DNA of 57,681 nt from a virus. Its lineage: Duplodnaviria; Caudoviricetes. A program made the translations under genes and the position numbers. The notes beneath the pieces were generated by a model that saw only the letters and a program-made list of their open reading frames with translations, did not search any database and had not been told where the DNA came from. The stretch spans positions 1 through 57,681 of the IMG/VR virus record IMGVR_UViG_3300047094_000686, one strand, 5' to 3'. Within the stretch, counting starts at the first letter, position 1; each line of letters opens with the position of its first letter. Shown here one piece after another: positions 25,635 through 34,728 of this stretch.

Positions 25635-26229
25635 TGTAGAAAGATTTGATAAAATATCTTACTACAAAAATGTTATAAAAAATCCAGAATCTTTAATTGA
25701 TTTAATAGAGGCATCAGATAAAAATTTAAATAATAATACAAGTATTCCTGTATGGCAAGAATGGATTGCAAGCGGGGACGAAGAGTATGTTTTTGGATAT
25801 CAAAAAAGATTTAGTAGCTCTGTCGAATACGATACAGACCAGGATATACAAAAAATAAACTATATTCTTAAAAAAGCAATAGTCGACTCGTCAGAAGATT
25901 ATTCAAAATATTATTCAATAAATATAGGTAGCCTAATGCCATTGTCTATAAGTAAATATTCTACTGGAAAATCTATGGGGCCACATGTTGATGATTATAA
26001 TAACGGAGATGACCCTAATATATCAGTAGTGCTATATCTTAATGATAATTATGAAGGTGGAGAAATTAATTTTCCAAATCAAGATATAACTATAAAGCCA
26101 GAAGCAGGAAGCATTGTAATATTTCCATCTGTGGAGCCCTACTACCATCAGTCTTTACCAGTTATTTCTGGAATTAAATATATGTCTCCTGGATTTTGGC
26201 GTAAAACCCAACAAGGTGGTATAATTTAA
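25627..26229 (+). CDS. 2OG-Fe(II) oxygenase, P4H-like
   Basis: HVD, YLNDNYEGGE, YYHQS and KY motifs. Confidence 0.9.
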   Translation: MLNVERFDKISYYKNVIKNPESLIDLIEASDKNLNNNTSIPVWQEWIASGDEEYVFGYQKRFSSSVEYDTDQDIQKINYILKKAIVDSSEDYSKYYSINIGSLMPLSISKYSTGKSMGPHVDDYNNGDDPNISVVLYLNDNYEGGEINFPNQDITIKPEAGSIVIFPSVEPYYHQSLPVISGIKYMSPGFWRKTQQGGII

Positions 26230-26231
26230 AA

Positions 26232-27362
26232 ATGGCCACTATTTCAAATGATAAAAACTGGAGATTTCCAGATTACACAGACTCCCCAGACATCCCAAGA
26301 GACATTTCATATTTAGCTGCTGATATTTCTGAATATATTGACAATCATCCTGGTCCAACTGGCGCAACTGGCGCAACTGGCGCAACGGGGCCATCAAACG
26401 TTTTATCTGTAGGAACAGTAACAACTGGAAACGCAGGCTCATCTGCCTCAGTTACAATTGCGGGCACATCGCCAAGCCAAACAATAAGTTTTACAATTCC
26501 TCGTGGAGATACTGGTGCAACTGGCTTAACTGGCGAACAAGGAATTCAAGGCGTACAAGGTATTCAAGGCGAACAAGGTATTCAAGGACTTAAAGGCGAC
26601 AAAGGAGACACAGGAGAAACTGGAGCAACTGGTGCAACTGGACCAACTGGGCCACAAGGTGAACAAGGTATCCAAGGCATACAGGGAATTCAAGGAGAAC
26701 AGGGAACTGGTGTTAATATACTTGGCTCTTATGCAAACTTAACAGCGCTACAAGCAGCACATCCTACTGGAAGTCCTGCAGATGCATATTTAATTAATAA
26801 TGATTTATATGTTTGGTCACAATCAACATCTTCTTGGATAAATGTTGGAACAATAAGAGGTCCACAAGGAGATCAAGGAATACAAGGTATTCAAGGACTT
26901 AAAGGCGACAAGGGAGACACAGGAGATACTGGTGCAACTGGCGCAACTGGTCCGCAGGGTCCGCAAGGAGAACAAGGCATACAAGGAATTCAAGGTATTC
27001 AAGGAGAAACTGGTTTAACTGGAGCAACTGGAGAAACTGGTGCAGCTGGACAAGATTTAGTTTCAGTATTTACAATTGCACAAAAATCTTCATCTTACAC
27101 AATAGTATCTTCAGATCTTGGAAAGCTAATAGAAATGTCAAGCGGAGGAACTATAACCGTACCGACAGACTCAGAGATATTTGCCGTAGGATCAACAGTT
27201 GATATTGTTCAAACTGGATCTTCACAAGTTACAATTGCAGGAGATACAGGTGTTACTGTTAATGCAACTCCTGGATTAAAATTAAGATCACAATGGTCAT
27301 CTGTAACATTAATAAAAAGAGGAAATAATCTTTGGGTTGCACTTGGCGATTTGAGCGCCTAA
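26232..27362 (+). CDS. Collagen-like (Gly-X-Y) fibre protein with C-terminal GDL domain
   Basis: Long Gly-X-Y tracts (GATGPTGPQGEQGIQG); C-terminus VTVNATPGLKLRSQWSS...GDLSA. Confidence 0.88.
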   Translation: MATISNDKNWRFPDYTDSPDIPRDISYLAADISEYIDNHPGPTGATGATGATGPSNVLSVGTVTTGNAGSSASVTIAGTSPSQTISFTIPRGDTGATGLTGEQGIQGVQGIQGEQGIQGLKGDKGDTGETGATGATGPTGPQGEQGIQGIQGIQGEQGTGVNILGSYANLTALQAAHPTGSPADAYLINNDLYVWSQSTSSWINVGTIRGPQGDQGIQGIQGLKGDKGDTGDTGATGATGPQGPQGEQGIQGIQGIQGETGLTGATGETGAAGQDLVSVFTIAQKSSSYTIVSSDLGKLIEMSSGGTITVPTDSEIFAVGSTVDIVQTGSSQVTIAGDTGVTVNATPGLKLRSQWSSVTLIKRGNNLWVALGDLSA

Positions 27363-27363
27363 A

Positions 27364-28338
27364 ATGCCAAAATCAAGTCGTGGTAGACACGGAGTAAGAA
27401 AAACTTCAGTTCCAAATATTACTGGACAATCTTATACTACTACGCAAACATATTTAACAAATTTAGGATTTATATACATACAAACAACCACAGATACAAA
27501 TACAGAATCAAATAATTTAGTAATATATTCACAAGGATTAACTAGCGGATCAGTAGTACCACTTGGAACACCTATACCATTTCAGTATTATGTTTATGTC
27601 CCACCATTCTTTCCACCTTTCTTTCCACCTTTCTTTCCACCTTTCTTTCCATTTTTCCCACCAGCCTTTCCTTTCTTCCCAGATTTTCCACCATACGTCC
27701 CACCAGTTGAGCCAATCCCACCATTCTTCCCATTCTTCCCATTCTTCCCACCAGCATTTCCATTCTTTCCATATTTTGCACCACCTTTCTTTCCATTTTT
27801 TCCACCAGCATTTGGTCCATACTTTACAAGATGCGTAGATGGAGATACCTTAATACTAACTAGCAATGGTCCAAAAAAAGCTAGAGATATTAAAATTGAA
27901 GATGTGCTTTTAACAGTTAATTTAGAATCATTAACCGAAGAATCAAATGCAACTCCATTACAAATTAATGTGCAAGATTTGAAGTTAAATAATTTAGTAC
28001 ATACTAAAGTTACAAATGTAATTGCTTCTAATAAAGTGGAAAGAGTATATTTTAACAACGATAAAACAGCTCAATTTACTGAAACTCATCCAATATTCGT
28101 AAAACGCAATAACGAGTATCGTGTAGTCGAAGCAGGCACAGTTCAAGAAGGAGATTTTTTAATAACTATTAATCCAGATGAATTATCAGAAAATTTAGAT
28201 ATTAATAAAATTATATCAGAAACAGTGGTCACTAAGGTAAATAAAAATATTTTAAATCTTGAAAAAGATGTTTATACATTTAGCTGCGATCCATACAATT
28301 GGTATTTTGCAGGAAATATATTAACACACAATAAATAA
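27364..28338 (+). CDS. PASTA-like domain + PPFF repeat + C-terminal Hint domain protein
   Basis: VPNITG..Y......L...G...SQ....G..V..G is PASTA-like; Hint motifs CVDGDTLI, FTETHPIF and THNK. Confidence 0.8.
   Translation: MPKSSRGRHGVRKTSVPNITGQSYTTTQTYLTNLGFIYIQTTTDTNTESNNLVIYSQGLTSGSVVPLGTPIPFQYYVYVPPFFPPFFPPFFPPFFPFFPPAFPFFPDFPPYVPPVEPIPPFFPFFPFFPPAFPFFPYFAPPFFPFFPPAFGPYFTRCVDGDTLILTSNGPKKARDIKIEDVLLTVNLESLTEESNATPLQINVQDLKLNNLVHTKVTNVIASNKVERVYFNNDKTAQFTETHPIFVKRNNEYRVVEAGTVQEGDFLITINPDELSENLDINKIISETVVTKVNKNILNLEKDVYTFSCDPYNWYFAGNILTHNK
27601..27825 (+). repeat. Pro/Phe-rich coding repeat (PPFF)n
   Basis: Degenerate repeats encoding PPFFPPFFPPFFPPFFPFFPPAFPFF... Confidence 0.85.
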
Positions 28339-28357
28339 TCAGGGGATAAACGGTAAA

Positions 28358-30208
28358 ATGTCATATAAGATTAAAATATTAAAAGACCATCCAGTTGGAT
28401 TCTGGCAACTAGATGACGTTGCAGTAAATCCAACTTTTGACTTTACTGATATTTTAGATAAATATGATACATACCAAGATCTTCTAGATGCGTATGAAGA
28501 ATATGGAAACATTAACTATTTAGCAGAAGACAGTTCTGGATGCTCTAATTTTGGTTTATATGTAGGAGACTTTAATAATAATCCAAAACATTTTCCTTTA
28601 TCTCCAAGCGGTAATCATTCTATAGAAATTACATCCTCTAAAAGCATAGAATTTCCAATTGTTAATAGTTATTATAAAAACAATGCTCCTGGAGGATTTG
28701 GTACAATTTATTATGGAGATAATGATTTTACACTAGAATGCTGGATGTATCCAGAAATAAGTACAGACTCTTTAACTACAATATTAGGAGACAGTACAAA
28801 AAATGTTGGAATATTTTATGAAAATGGAAACATAATTTTTAAACTAGGTCAAGAAATTTTAGAACATACTTTACCATTTATTAATAAATCTATACACATA
28901 GCCTGCGTGTATTCAGTCACAGAAGCTCACATATACATAGATGGTAATCTTTGTGTAAGTAAATTAATATCATCTAATCCATTTACAAACAATGAAATAT
29001 TATTAACTTCTGGACCTACATCAGACTCAGACGATAAGTTTTTAATAGATGACGTAGCGGTATATAGATACGGGCTGCCTTATGTAAAAATACTAGATCA
29101 CTATTCTAATCATAGCCATACTAATCCTTCTCAAATATCTCAAACAGATAATGGAGAATTTTTTGAATTTTATGACACCGATATAAGTAAAGTTTTTACA
29201 TATTCTTATCCTTTTAATAGAACATGGGAAGAATTAATAACAGACGATTTATATTATGATCAAACAAATAAGTATATTCAAATTAAAAAAGGCGAAACTC
29301 TTGATAGCAAAACAGTTATATTGACAGATACTATATATTTACCAGCGGCGACAATTATGGATTCTTCAAAAATAGAATGGTTTGCGGATAATGGGATAAC
29401 TGTTCAAACCAGTACAGACGGAATAAACTATAGCGCATGTGTAAATGGAGAATCTATTCCACAATACAAAAGTTCAGAATTTAGTAGCAGTAAGGTTTTA
29501 AATATAAAAATAATAATGTCTTCTGGAAACATATCTAAGTATCTACCAAAATTATATAATTTAGATATTAGTTTTTATAATAATCAAATAATGTATTCTA
29601 AAAATGGATCAAGTTATTTATCAAAAATTCAAGGCCTAGATTTTTATTTAGGTAAAGATGTGTATTCAATTGTAAATAGAGATCCGAGAAACGGGGCATT
29701 GGTCCCAGAAAACTCTGGATTTAAAATTAATCTTTCTGAATTAAAGCAGTCTATAGAATTTTTTTATACTCCCTATTCTTTAAACAAAAGCCTACTTGTT
29801 AGCTCTATTGTAAACGGAGTAGGAGCGGCTAGCGAATATTCATGGAATACAAATGGGTCAATTAATAAAACAAATATAGCCTCTATATATGTTAATGGGG
29901 TAGATGTATCTTCCCAAACCCTAATATCTAATATATTTAAGGTAAATGATATACACCATGTCGTTATTAATTTTACAGCTCCAATATATGGGGAAGTTAC
30001 AGTAAATTATAAATCCTCTGGATCAGTTAAATCTTTATATCAATATATGTCATTTTATAAGGAATTGCTAGACTATAATAAGATTATTAATCATTATGAT
30101 TTATATACCTCTAGGCAGTCCTATCAAACCAGCGGATCTTCCATAACCTTGTCCGAAAATTCAATAAACCTATATAATAATGACTGGCTTGTGATACAAA
30201 ACTCATAA
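28358..30208 (+). CDS. Virion protein with a LamG/concanavalin A-like domain
   Basis: PVGFWQLDD, FTLECWMYP, HIACVY, IYIDG and IDDVAVY motifs. Confidence 0.75.
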   Translation: MSYKIKILKDHPVGFWQLDDVAVNPTFDFTDILDKYDTYQDLLDAYEEYGNINYLAEDSSGCSNFGLYVGDFNNNPKHFPLSPSGNHSIEITSSKSIEFPIVNSYYKNNAPGGFGTIYYGDNDFTLECWMYPEISTDSLTTILGDSTKNVGIFYENGNIIFKLGQEILEHTLPFINKSIHIACVYSVTEAHIYIDGNLCVSKLISSNPFTNNEILLTSGPTSDSDDKFLIDDVAVYRYGLPYVKILDHYSNHSHTNPSQISQTDNGEFFEFYDTDISKVFTYSYPFNRTWEELITDDLYYDQTNKYIQIKKGETLDSKTVILTDTIYLPAATIMDSSKIEWFADNGITVQTSTDGINYSACVNGESIPQYKSSEFSSSKVLNIKIIMSSGNISKYLPKLYNLDISFYNNQIMYSKNGSSYLSKIQGLDFYLGKDVYSIVNRDPRNGALVPENSGFKINLSELKQSIEFFYTPYSLNKSLLVSSIVNGVGAASEYSWNTNGSINKTNIASIYVNGVDVSSQTLISNIFKVNDIHHVVINFTAPIYGEVTVNYKSSGSVKSLYQYMSFYKELLDYNKIINHYDLYTSRQSYQTSGSSITLSENSINLYNNDWLVIQNS

Positions 30209-30271
30209 TCCTGTCAATTGTCTTGACAAAATATGGACTTTAACCACAAGTAATGGTAGAATTAATACCTA

Positions 30272-30607
30272 ATGGATATTAAAAATGTTAATCAAAAAGT
30301 AATAGAAGAAACAACTTTAGGAATATACGTATGGGAAATGCCAGACGGAAGATGGATTGGCGATGACGATGGAAACTTTTTATCAATAACAGCTAAAAAA
30401 GGTAATCGATCAAAGATAGATTTATTGGCTAGAGAAGTAAGATCATTTGGAATATACGAAGGCCAACCTAAATTTTTATCAGGCAGACGTAAAATCGATG
30501 ATGAAGAATTTGAACATCAAAAACAAAGATTAGATTGGGGTCTAACACCAGATCCACTAGATATCGGCGTATACAAAGATTCAATTAAAAATGGAGGAAA
30601 GCCTTAA
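30272..30607 (+). CDS. Hypothetical protein upstream of the portal
   Basis: 111-aa ORF coupled to the portal start; preceded by TGGTAGAAT. Confidence 0.75.
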   Translation: MDIKNVNQKVIEETTLGIYVWEMPDGRWIGDDDGNFLSITAKKGNRSKIDLLAREVRSFGIYEGQPKFLSGRRKIDDEEFEHQKQRLDWGLTPDPLDIGVYKDSIKNGGKP

Positions 30608-32193
30608 TGGAATTTATTAATGATGATACAGAGTTTGTTCAAAATATAGATATATCAAATTCTGCTGATTGGGCAAGATTTAATAGCAAAGAGGTTGTAG
30701 TAGATAATGACCCATTTAATATCGGAGAATCAGAATTAAAAAAAGTTAATGGCCTTAGCACTAATTTTAAACGAAAAATGTCTAGAGAGTTTTCAAAAAG
30801 ATTTATTGGTCAAGACGGAACTGGAACGCAACAAAATTTATTGCAACAGGCAGTTACTGGATATGCAATGTTCGATTTGGTTCAACCAGTCTATAACCTA
30901 GAATACCTTTCAAAAATTTATGAAATATCACCGTACAACTACGCAGCAATTAATGCAAAGGTTGCAAATATTGTAGGACTTGGGTATACATTTATAGAAA
31001 CAAAAAAAGCAAATGATGCTTTAGACAATATTTCAGACGACAAACAATTAGATAGAGCACGTAGAAAATTAAACAAGCTTCGCCAAGATTTAGATAATTG
31101 GCTAGAAGAAACAAATGAAGAAGAAACATTTACAGAAACATTAATTAAAGCCTATACAGATTTAGAAGCTACGGGTAATGGATTTATTGAAATTGGTAGA
31201 ACTACTTCAGGAAACATAGGATATGTCGGACATATCCCAGCTAAGACCATGCGTGTTCGTCGTTTGCGTGATGGATTTATTCAATTGTTATACGGAAAAG
31301 CCGTATACTTTAGAAATTTCGGTGATCAAGAAACTCCTAATCCAATAGCCGACGGAACAGATAGACCAAATGAAATTATTCATTTAAAGAAATATACACC
31401 AATGAACAATTACTATGGCTTGCCAGATATAGTCGCAGCACAAACATCAATGGCTGGCAATGAGTTTGCTGGTAAATATAATTTAGATTATTTTGAAAAT
31501 AAAGCAGTTCCAAGATATATAATTACTGTTAAGGGCGCAAAGCTCTCACCAGAATCTGAAAGAAAACTATTGGAGTTTTTTCAAGTAGGGCTAAAGGGTA
31601 AAAATCATAGATCTCTATATGTCCCACTTCCACCAGATAGCCCAGACTCAAAAGTTGAATTTAAAATGGAGCCAATTGAGGCAAACTCTCAAGAGTCTTC
31701 ATTTAATGTTTATCGTAAATCAAATAGAGATGAAATACTATTAGCTCATAGAGTTCCTATAAATAAAATAGGGGTTCCAGAGGGAATTAGTTTGGCGTCT
31801 GCTCGTGATGCAGATAAAATGTTTAAAGAGCAAGTATGTAGACCAGCACAAGATATTTTAGAGAAAAAATTAAATAGAATTATTTCAGAAAAAACAGATG
31901 CATTAATGCTTAAATTTAATGAATTAACTTTAACAGATGAGGACACTCAGTCTAAAATTGATGAGCGATATTTAAGAATGCAAGTAATTACCCCAAATGA
32001 AGTTAGAATTAGAAAGGGCATGGTTCCTAGGGATGGCGGAGATGATGTCGTTGATTTAAAAGCACAGGGAGCGGCAGAGCAAAGAGCCCAGGCTGGTAAT
32101 TCAAGACAAAGAACTCAGGAGAGATCTGCAAATTCTCCCGATATTTCTGGGGAGGCCAGAAATCCAAAAGGTGAGGGTAGAACCACAGCTTAA
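30607..32193 (+). CDS. Portal protein (PBSX/HK97-like)
   Basis: DLEATGNGFIE, EIIHLKKY..YYGLP, HRVP..KIG and ITPNEVR motifs. Confidence 0.9.
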   Translation: MEFINDDTEFVQNIDISNSADWARFNSKEVVVDNDPFNIGESELKKVNGLSTNFKRKMSREFSKRFIGQDGTGTQQNLLQQAVTGYAMFDLVQPVYNLEYLSKIYEISPYNYAAINAKVANIVGLGYTFIETKKANDALDNISDDKQLDRARRKLNKLRQDLDNWLEETNEEETFTETLIKAYTDLEATGNGFIEIGRTTSGNIGYVGHIPAKTMRVRRLRDGFIQLLYGKAVYFRNFGDQETPNPIADGTDRPNEIIHLKKYTPMNNYYGLPDIVAAQTSMAGNEFAGKYNLDYFENKAVPRYIITVKGAKLSPESERKLLEFFQVGLKGKNHRSLYVPLPPDSPDSKVEFKMEPIEANSQESSFNVYRKSNRDEILLAHRVPINKIGVPEGISLASARDADKMFKEQVCRPAQDILEKKLNRIISEKTDALMLKFNELTLTDEDTQSKIDERYLRMQVITPNEVRIRKGMVPRDGGDDVVDLKAQGAAEQRAQAGNSRQRTQERSANSPDISGEARNPKGEGRTTA

Positions 32194-32248
32194 TTATTAG
32201 GCAACTAGTTATTTGCCTTTTTATGTATACAAAGATAAAATTAAGCAT

Positions 32249-33553
32249 ATGAATATCGAAAAATCTTATTGGTCCAGTAATGGCGATGATATTAGTTTAT
32301 CTATTCCTTTCACAAAAGTCAATCGTGAAAAGAGAACAGTTTCTGGTTTTGCAACACTAGACAACATTGATCAAACAGGAGATGTTGTAACCGCAGAGGC
32401 AAGCTTAAAAGCTTTTGAAGGTTTTAGAGGCAATATCAGAGAAATGCATTCATCCAATGCAGTTGGTAAAATGGTTTCATTTAGACCAGAAACTTATTAC
32501 GATACAAAATCAGGTGAATTTTATAATGGAGTATATGTAGATGCATACATATCAAAAGGCGCACAAGATACCTGGGAAAAGGTTTTAGACGGAACTCTTC
32601 AAGGATTTTCAATTGGCGGAAAGATTGTAGATTCAGAAAACGAAGTAAATAAGTCTACAGGAAATCCAGTAAGATTTATTAAAGAATACTCATTGATAGA
32701 ACTATCAGTTGTAGATTCACCAGCAAATGAATTATGTAATATTTTATCTATTCAAAAAATGAATGGACAATTAATTTTTAAAGGAATAGCAGCAGATACC
32801 ATTACGGAAAATATTTTTTATTGTGAAGATAGTGATTCCGTATTTATGTCAACAGAAGCAACCTATACCTCACCAGTAACTGGCAAACTAGCAAGTTTAA
32901 TTGGCTGGGTAGAAACTAACGATGTTAACAAAGCAAAAGAAATAGATAAAATTCTTGCTTCATTTAAGAAGTCAAGATTTACGTTGCCTGAAACACAAAT
33001 AGCAAAACAGGCAAACGCAAAAGGAGGTAATGAAGTGTCAGAAAACACAGAAACAGTAGCAGTTGAAGAAACTGCTCCAGTAGAAGTTTCAATCCCTGCA
33101 GAAGCAGTAATTGAAAAAGCTGTTACAGAAGATGTAGTAGCAGATGCTTCTGCCGAAATCGTTGAAAAAGCAGCAGACGTCTCAGAAGTCGTCGTTGATG
33201 AACCTGATTTTGCAAAAATGTTAGGTGACCTAAAAGGCTTTTTCTCAGAAACTCTAAGCAAGGCTTCAGAAGCAAATGCAGCACAAGTTACAACTATTAA
33301 AGAAACAGTTGAATCTTTTAGCAAGAGCGTAGAAGCCAGAATATCAGAGTTGGCAGAACAACACTCAGAACTCAACAAAACTGTTGAGAACATCAAAAAC
33401 ACGATTGATGGTGTAGAAAAGCGTGTCGATGCAGTAGAATCAGAGACTGCAATTAAGAAGTCCTCAGACCTTGGCGGGTCTCAGGAAGTAAAAATCCAAA
33501 AATCAAAATGGAATGGTTCTTTCCTCGGTTCCGTAAACGAACTATTTAAATAA
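32249..33553 (+). CDS. Prohead protease (HK97-type) fused to a scaffold-like region
   Basis: VSGFAT..D..GDVV, REMH, GFSIGG and ELSVVDSPAN motifs; acidic coiled-coil C-terminus. Start at 32249 follows TTGCCT-17-TAAAAT; the track start is 32213. Confidence 0.85.
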   Translation: MNIEKSYWSSNGDDISLSIPFTKVNREKRTVSGFATLDNIDQTGDVVTAEASLKAFEGFRGNIREMHSSNAVGKMVSFRPETYYDTKSGEFYNGVYVDAYISKGAQDTWEKVLDGTLQGFSIGGKIVDSENEVNKSTGNPVRFIKEYSLIELSVVDSPANELCNILSIQKMNGQLIFKGIAADTITENIFYCEDSDSVFMSTEATYTSPVTGKLASLIGWVETNDVNKAKEIDKILASFKKSRFTLPETQIAKQANAKGGNEVSENTETVAVEETAPVEVSIPAEAVIEKAVTEDVVADASAEIVEKAADVSEVVVDEPDFAKMLGDLKGFFSETLSKASEANAAQVTTIKETVESFSKSVEARISELAEQHSELNKTVENIKNTIDGVEKRVDAVESETAIKKSSDLGGSQEVKIQKSKWNGSFLGSVNELFK

Positions 33554-33571
33554 AGGGTAGGTAAACAAATT

Positions 33572-34630
33572 ATGAGCAATGAATTATTAGAAAAGGCAAT
33601 TGCAACTGGCACAACAGCCACAGGCACTTTCGCTTCAACAACTGGAGGAGAGGGAATTCACACAGGGTCAGAAAGTGGCAATGGTGGATTACTTAATCCA
33701 GAACAATCAGCTCGATTTCTAGACTACATGTTCGACGCAACCGTAATTGGTAAAGTCGCACGTACCGTTAGAATGAAATCTGATACAACTGAAATTGATC
33801 GCATGGGCGTAGGCGAAAAGCTTATGAAGCTTGCGACAGAAGGAGATGACGCAAACAGTGGCAACTCTGCTGTGACATTCTCAAAAATTTCTTTGACAAC
33901 AAAGAAGTTACGTCTAGATTGGGAACTTTCAACTGAGTCTCTAGAAGACAACATTGAAGGTGCAGATCTAGAAGATCATATTGCACGTCTGATGGCAACA
34001 CAGGCTGGTAATGATATTGAAGACTTGGTTCTTAACGGAAACACAGCTCTATCATCTGATCAACTTTACAAAGCATTTGACGGAACAGTTAAGCTTGCAA
34101 AAGCAAACGGTCACGTAGTAGATGCAGGTGGAGCCGCAATTAGTCGTGCTACATTTAATAGCGCATTAAAGGCACTTCCACGTAAGTACAAGCAACGTCG
34201 TACAGACCTTCGCTTCTTGTCAGGTTCAAACTTGATTCAAGATTACTTATACTCAGCATCATTACTTGGTGCAGATGGATCAGCTAACCCACAAGATATC
34301 GCTTCAAGCGTTATCCGTGGAGGCGTACAGCCACTAGGCGGTCCAGCAGGATACGTAGCACCTTTCGCATTTGGTATTCCAATTGTTGAAGTTCCGCTAC
34401 TAAGCGAGACACAAACTGGCTCATACTCAGGAGCAACAGGATCACACGGTGACGTCCACTTGACATTCCCAAATAACGTAGTTATTGGTATCAAGCGTGA
34501 TGTAACTGTATACCGATTCTTCTGGCCAAAGAAGGACTCAATCGAGTACACAATGTATACTCGTGTTGGCGTTCAAATTGAGCAAGCAGACGCTTGGGTA
34601 GTAGTAAAGAACGTTAAGATTGCTTCCTAA
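33572..34630 (+). CDS. Major capsid protein (HK97 fold)
   Basis: Follows the protease; GGLLNPEQ, LSTESLEDNIEG and DIEDLVLNG motifs; strongly biased codon usage. Confidence 0.92.
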   Translation: MSNELLEKAIATGTTATGTFASTTGGEGIHTGSESGNGGLLNPEQSARFLDYMFDATVIGKVARTVRMKSDTTEIDRMGVGEKLMKLATEGDDANSGNSAVTFSKISLTTKKLRLDWELSTESLEDNIEGADLEDHIARLMATQAGNDIEDLVLNGNTALSSDQLYKAFDGTVKLAKANGHVVDAGGAAISRATFNSALKALPRKYKQRRTDLRFLSGSNLIQDYLYSASLLGADGSANPQDIASSVIRGGVQPLGGPAGYVAPFAFGIPIVEVPLLSETQTGSYSGATGSHGDVHLTFPNNVVIGIKRDVTVYRFFWPKKDSIEYTMYTRVGVQIEQADAWVVVKNVKIAS

Positions 34631-34648
34631 TTAGGAATTAGTCTAAAT

Positions 34649-34678
34649 AAAAGCCCCCAATTAATTTTGGGGGCTTTT
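34649..34678 (+). terminator. Intrinsic terminator after the major capsid gene
   Basis: AAAAGCCCCCAA-TTAATT-TTGGGGGCTTTT. Confidence 0.85.
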
Positions 34679-34728
34679 CATTTGAATTTAGTAATGATAT
34701 AATTAAAGAACTAGACTAAGGAGAATAT

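Noticed and set aside
27563-28058. His-rich and Gly/Lys-rich alternative-frame ORFs (27563-27838, 27572-27820, 27594-28058; also 19576-19806)
   Set aside because: They are shadows of the low-complexity Pro/Phe repeat, which lacks stop codons in other frames.
32213-32248. TTG start of the protease at 32213 given by the ORF track
   Set aside because: That TTG coincides with a -35-like TTGCCT, and the ATG at 32249, 7 nt after TAAAAT, fits the leaderless pattern better.
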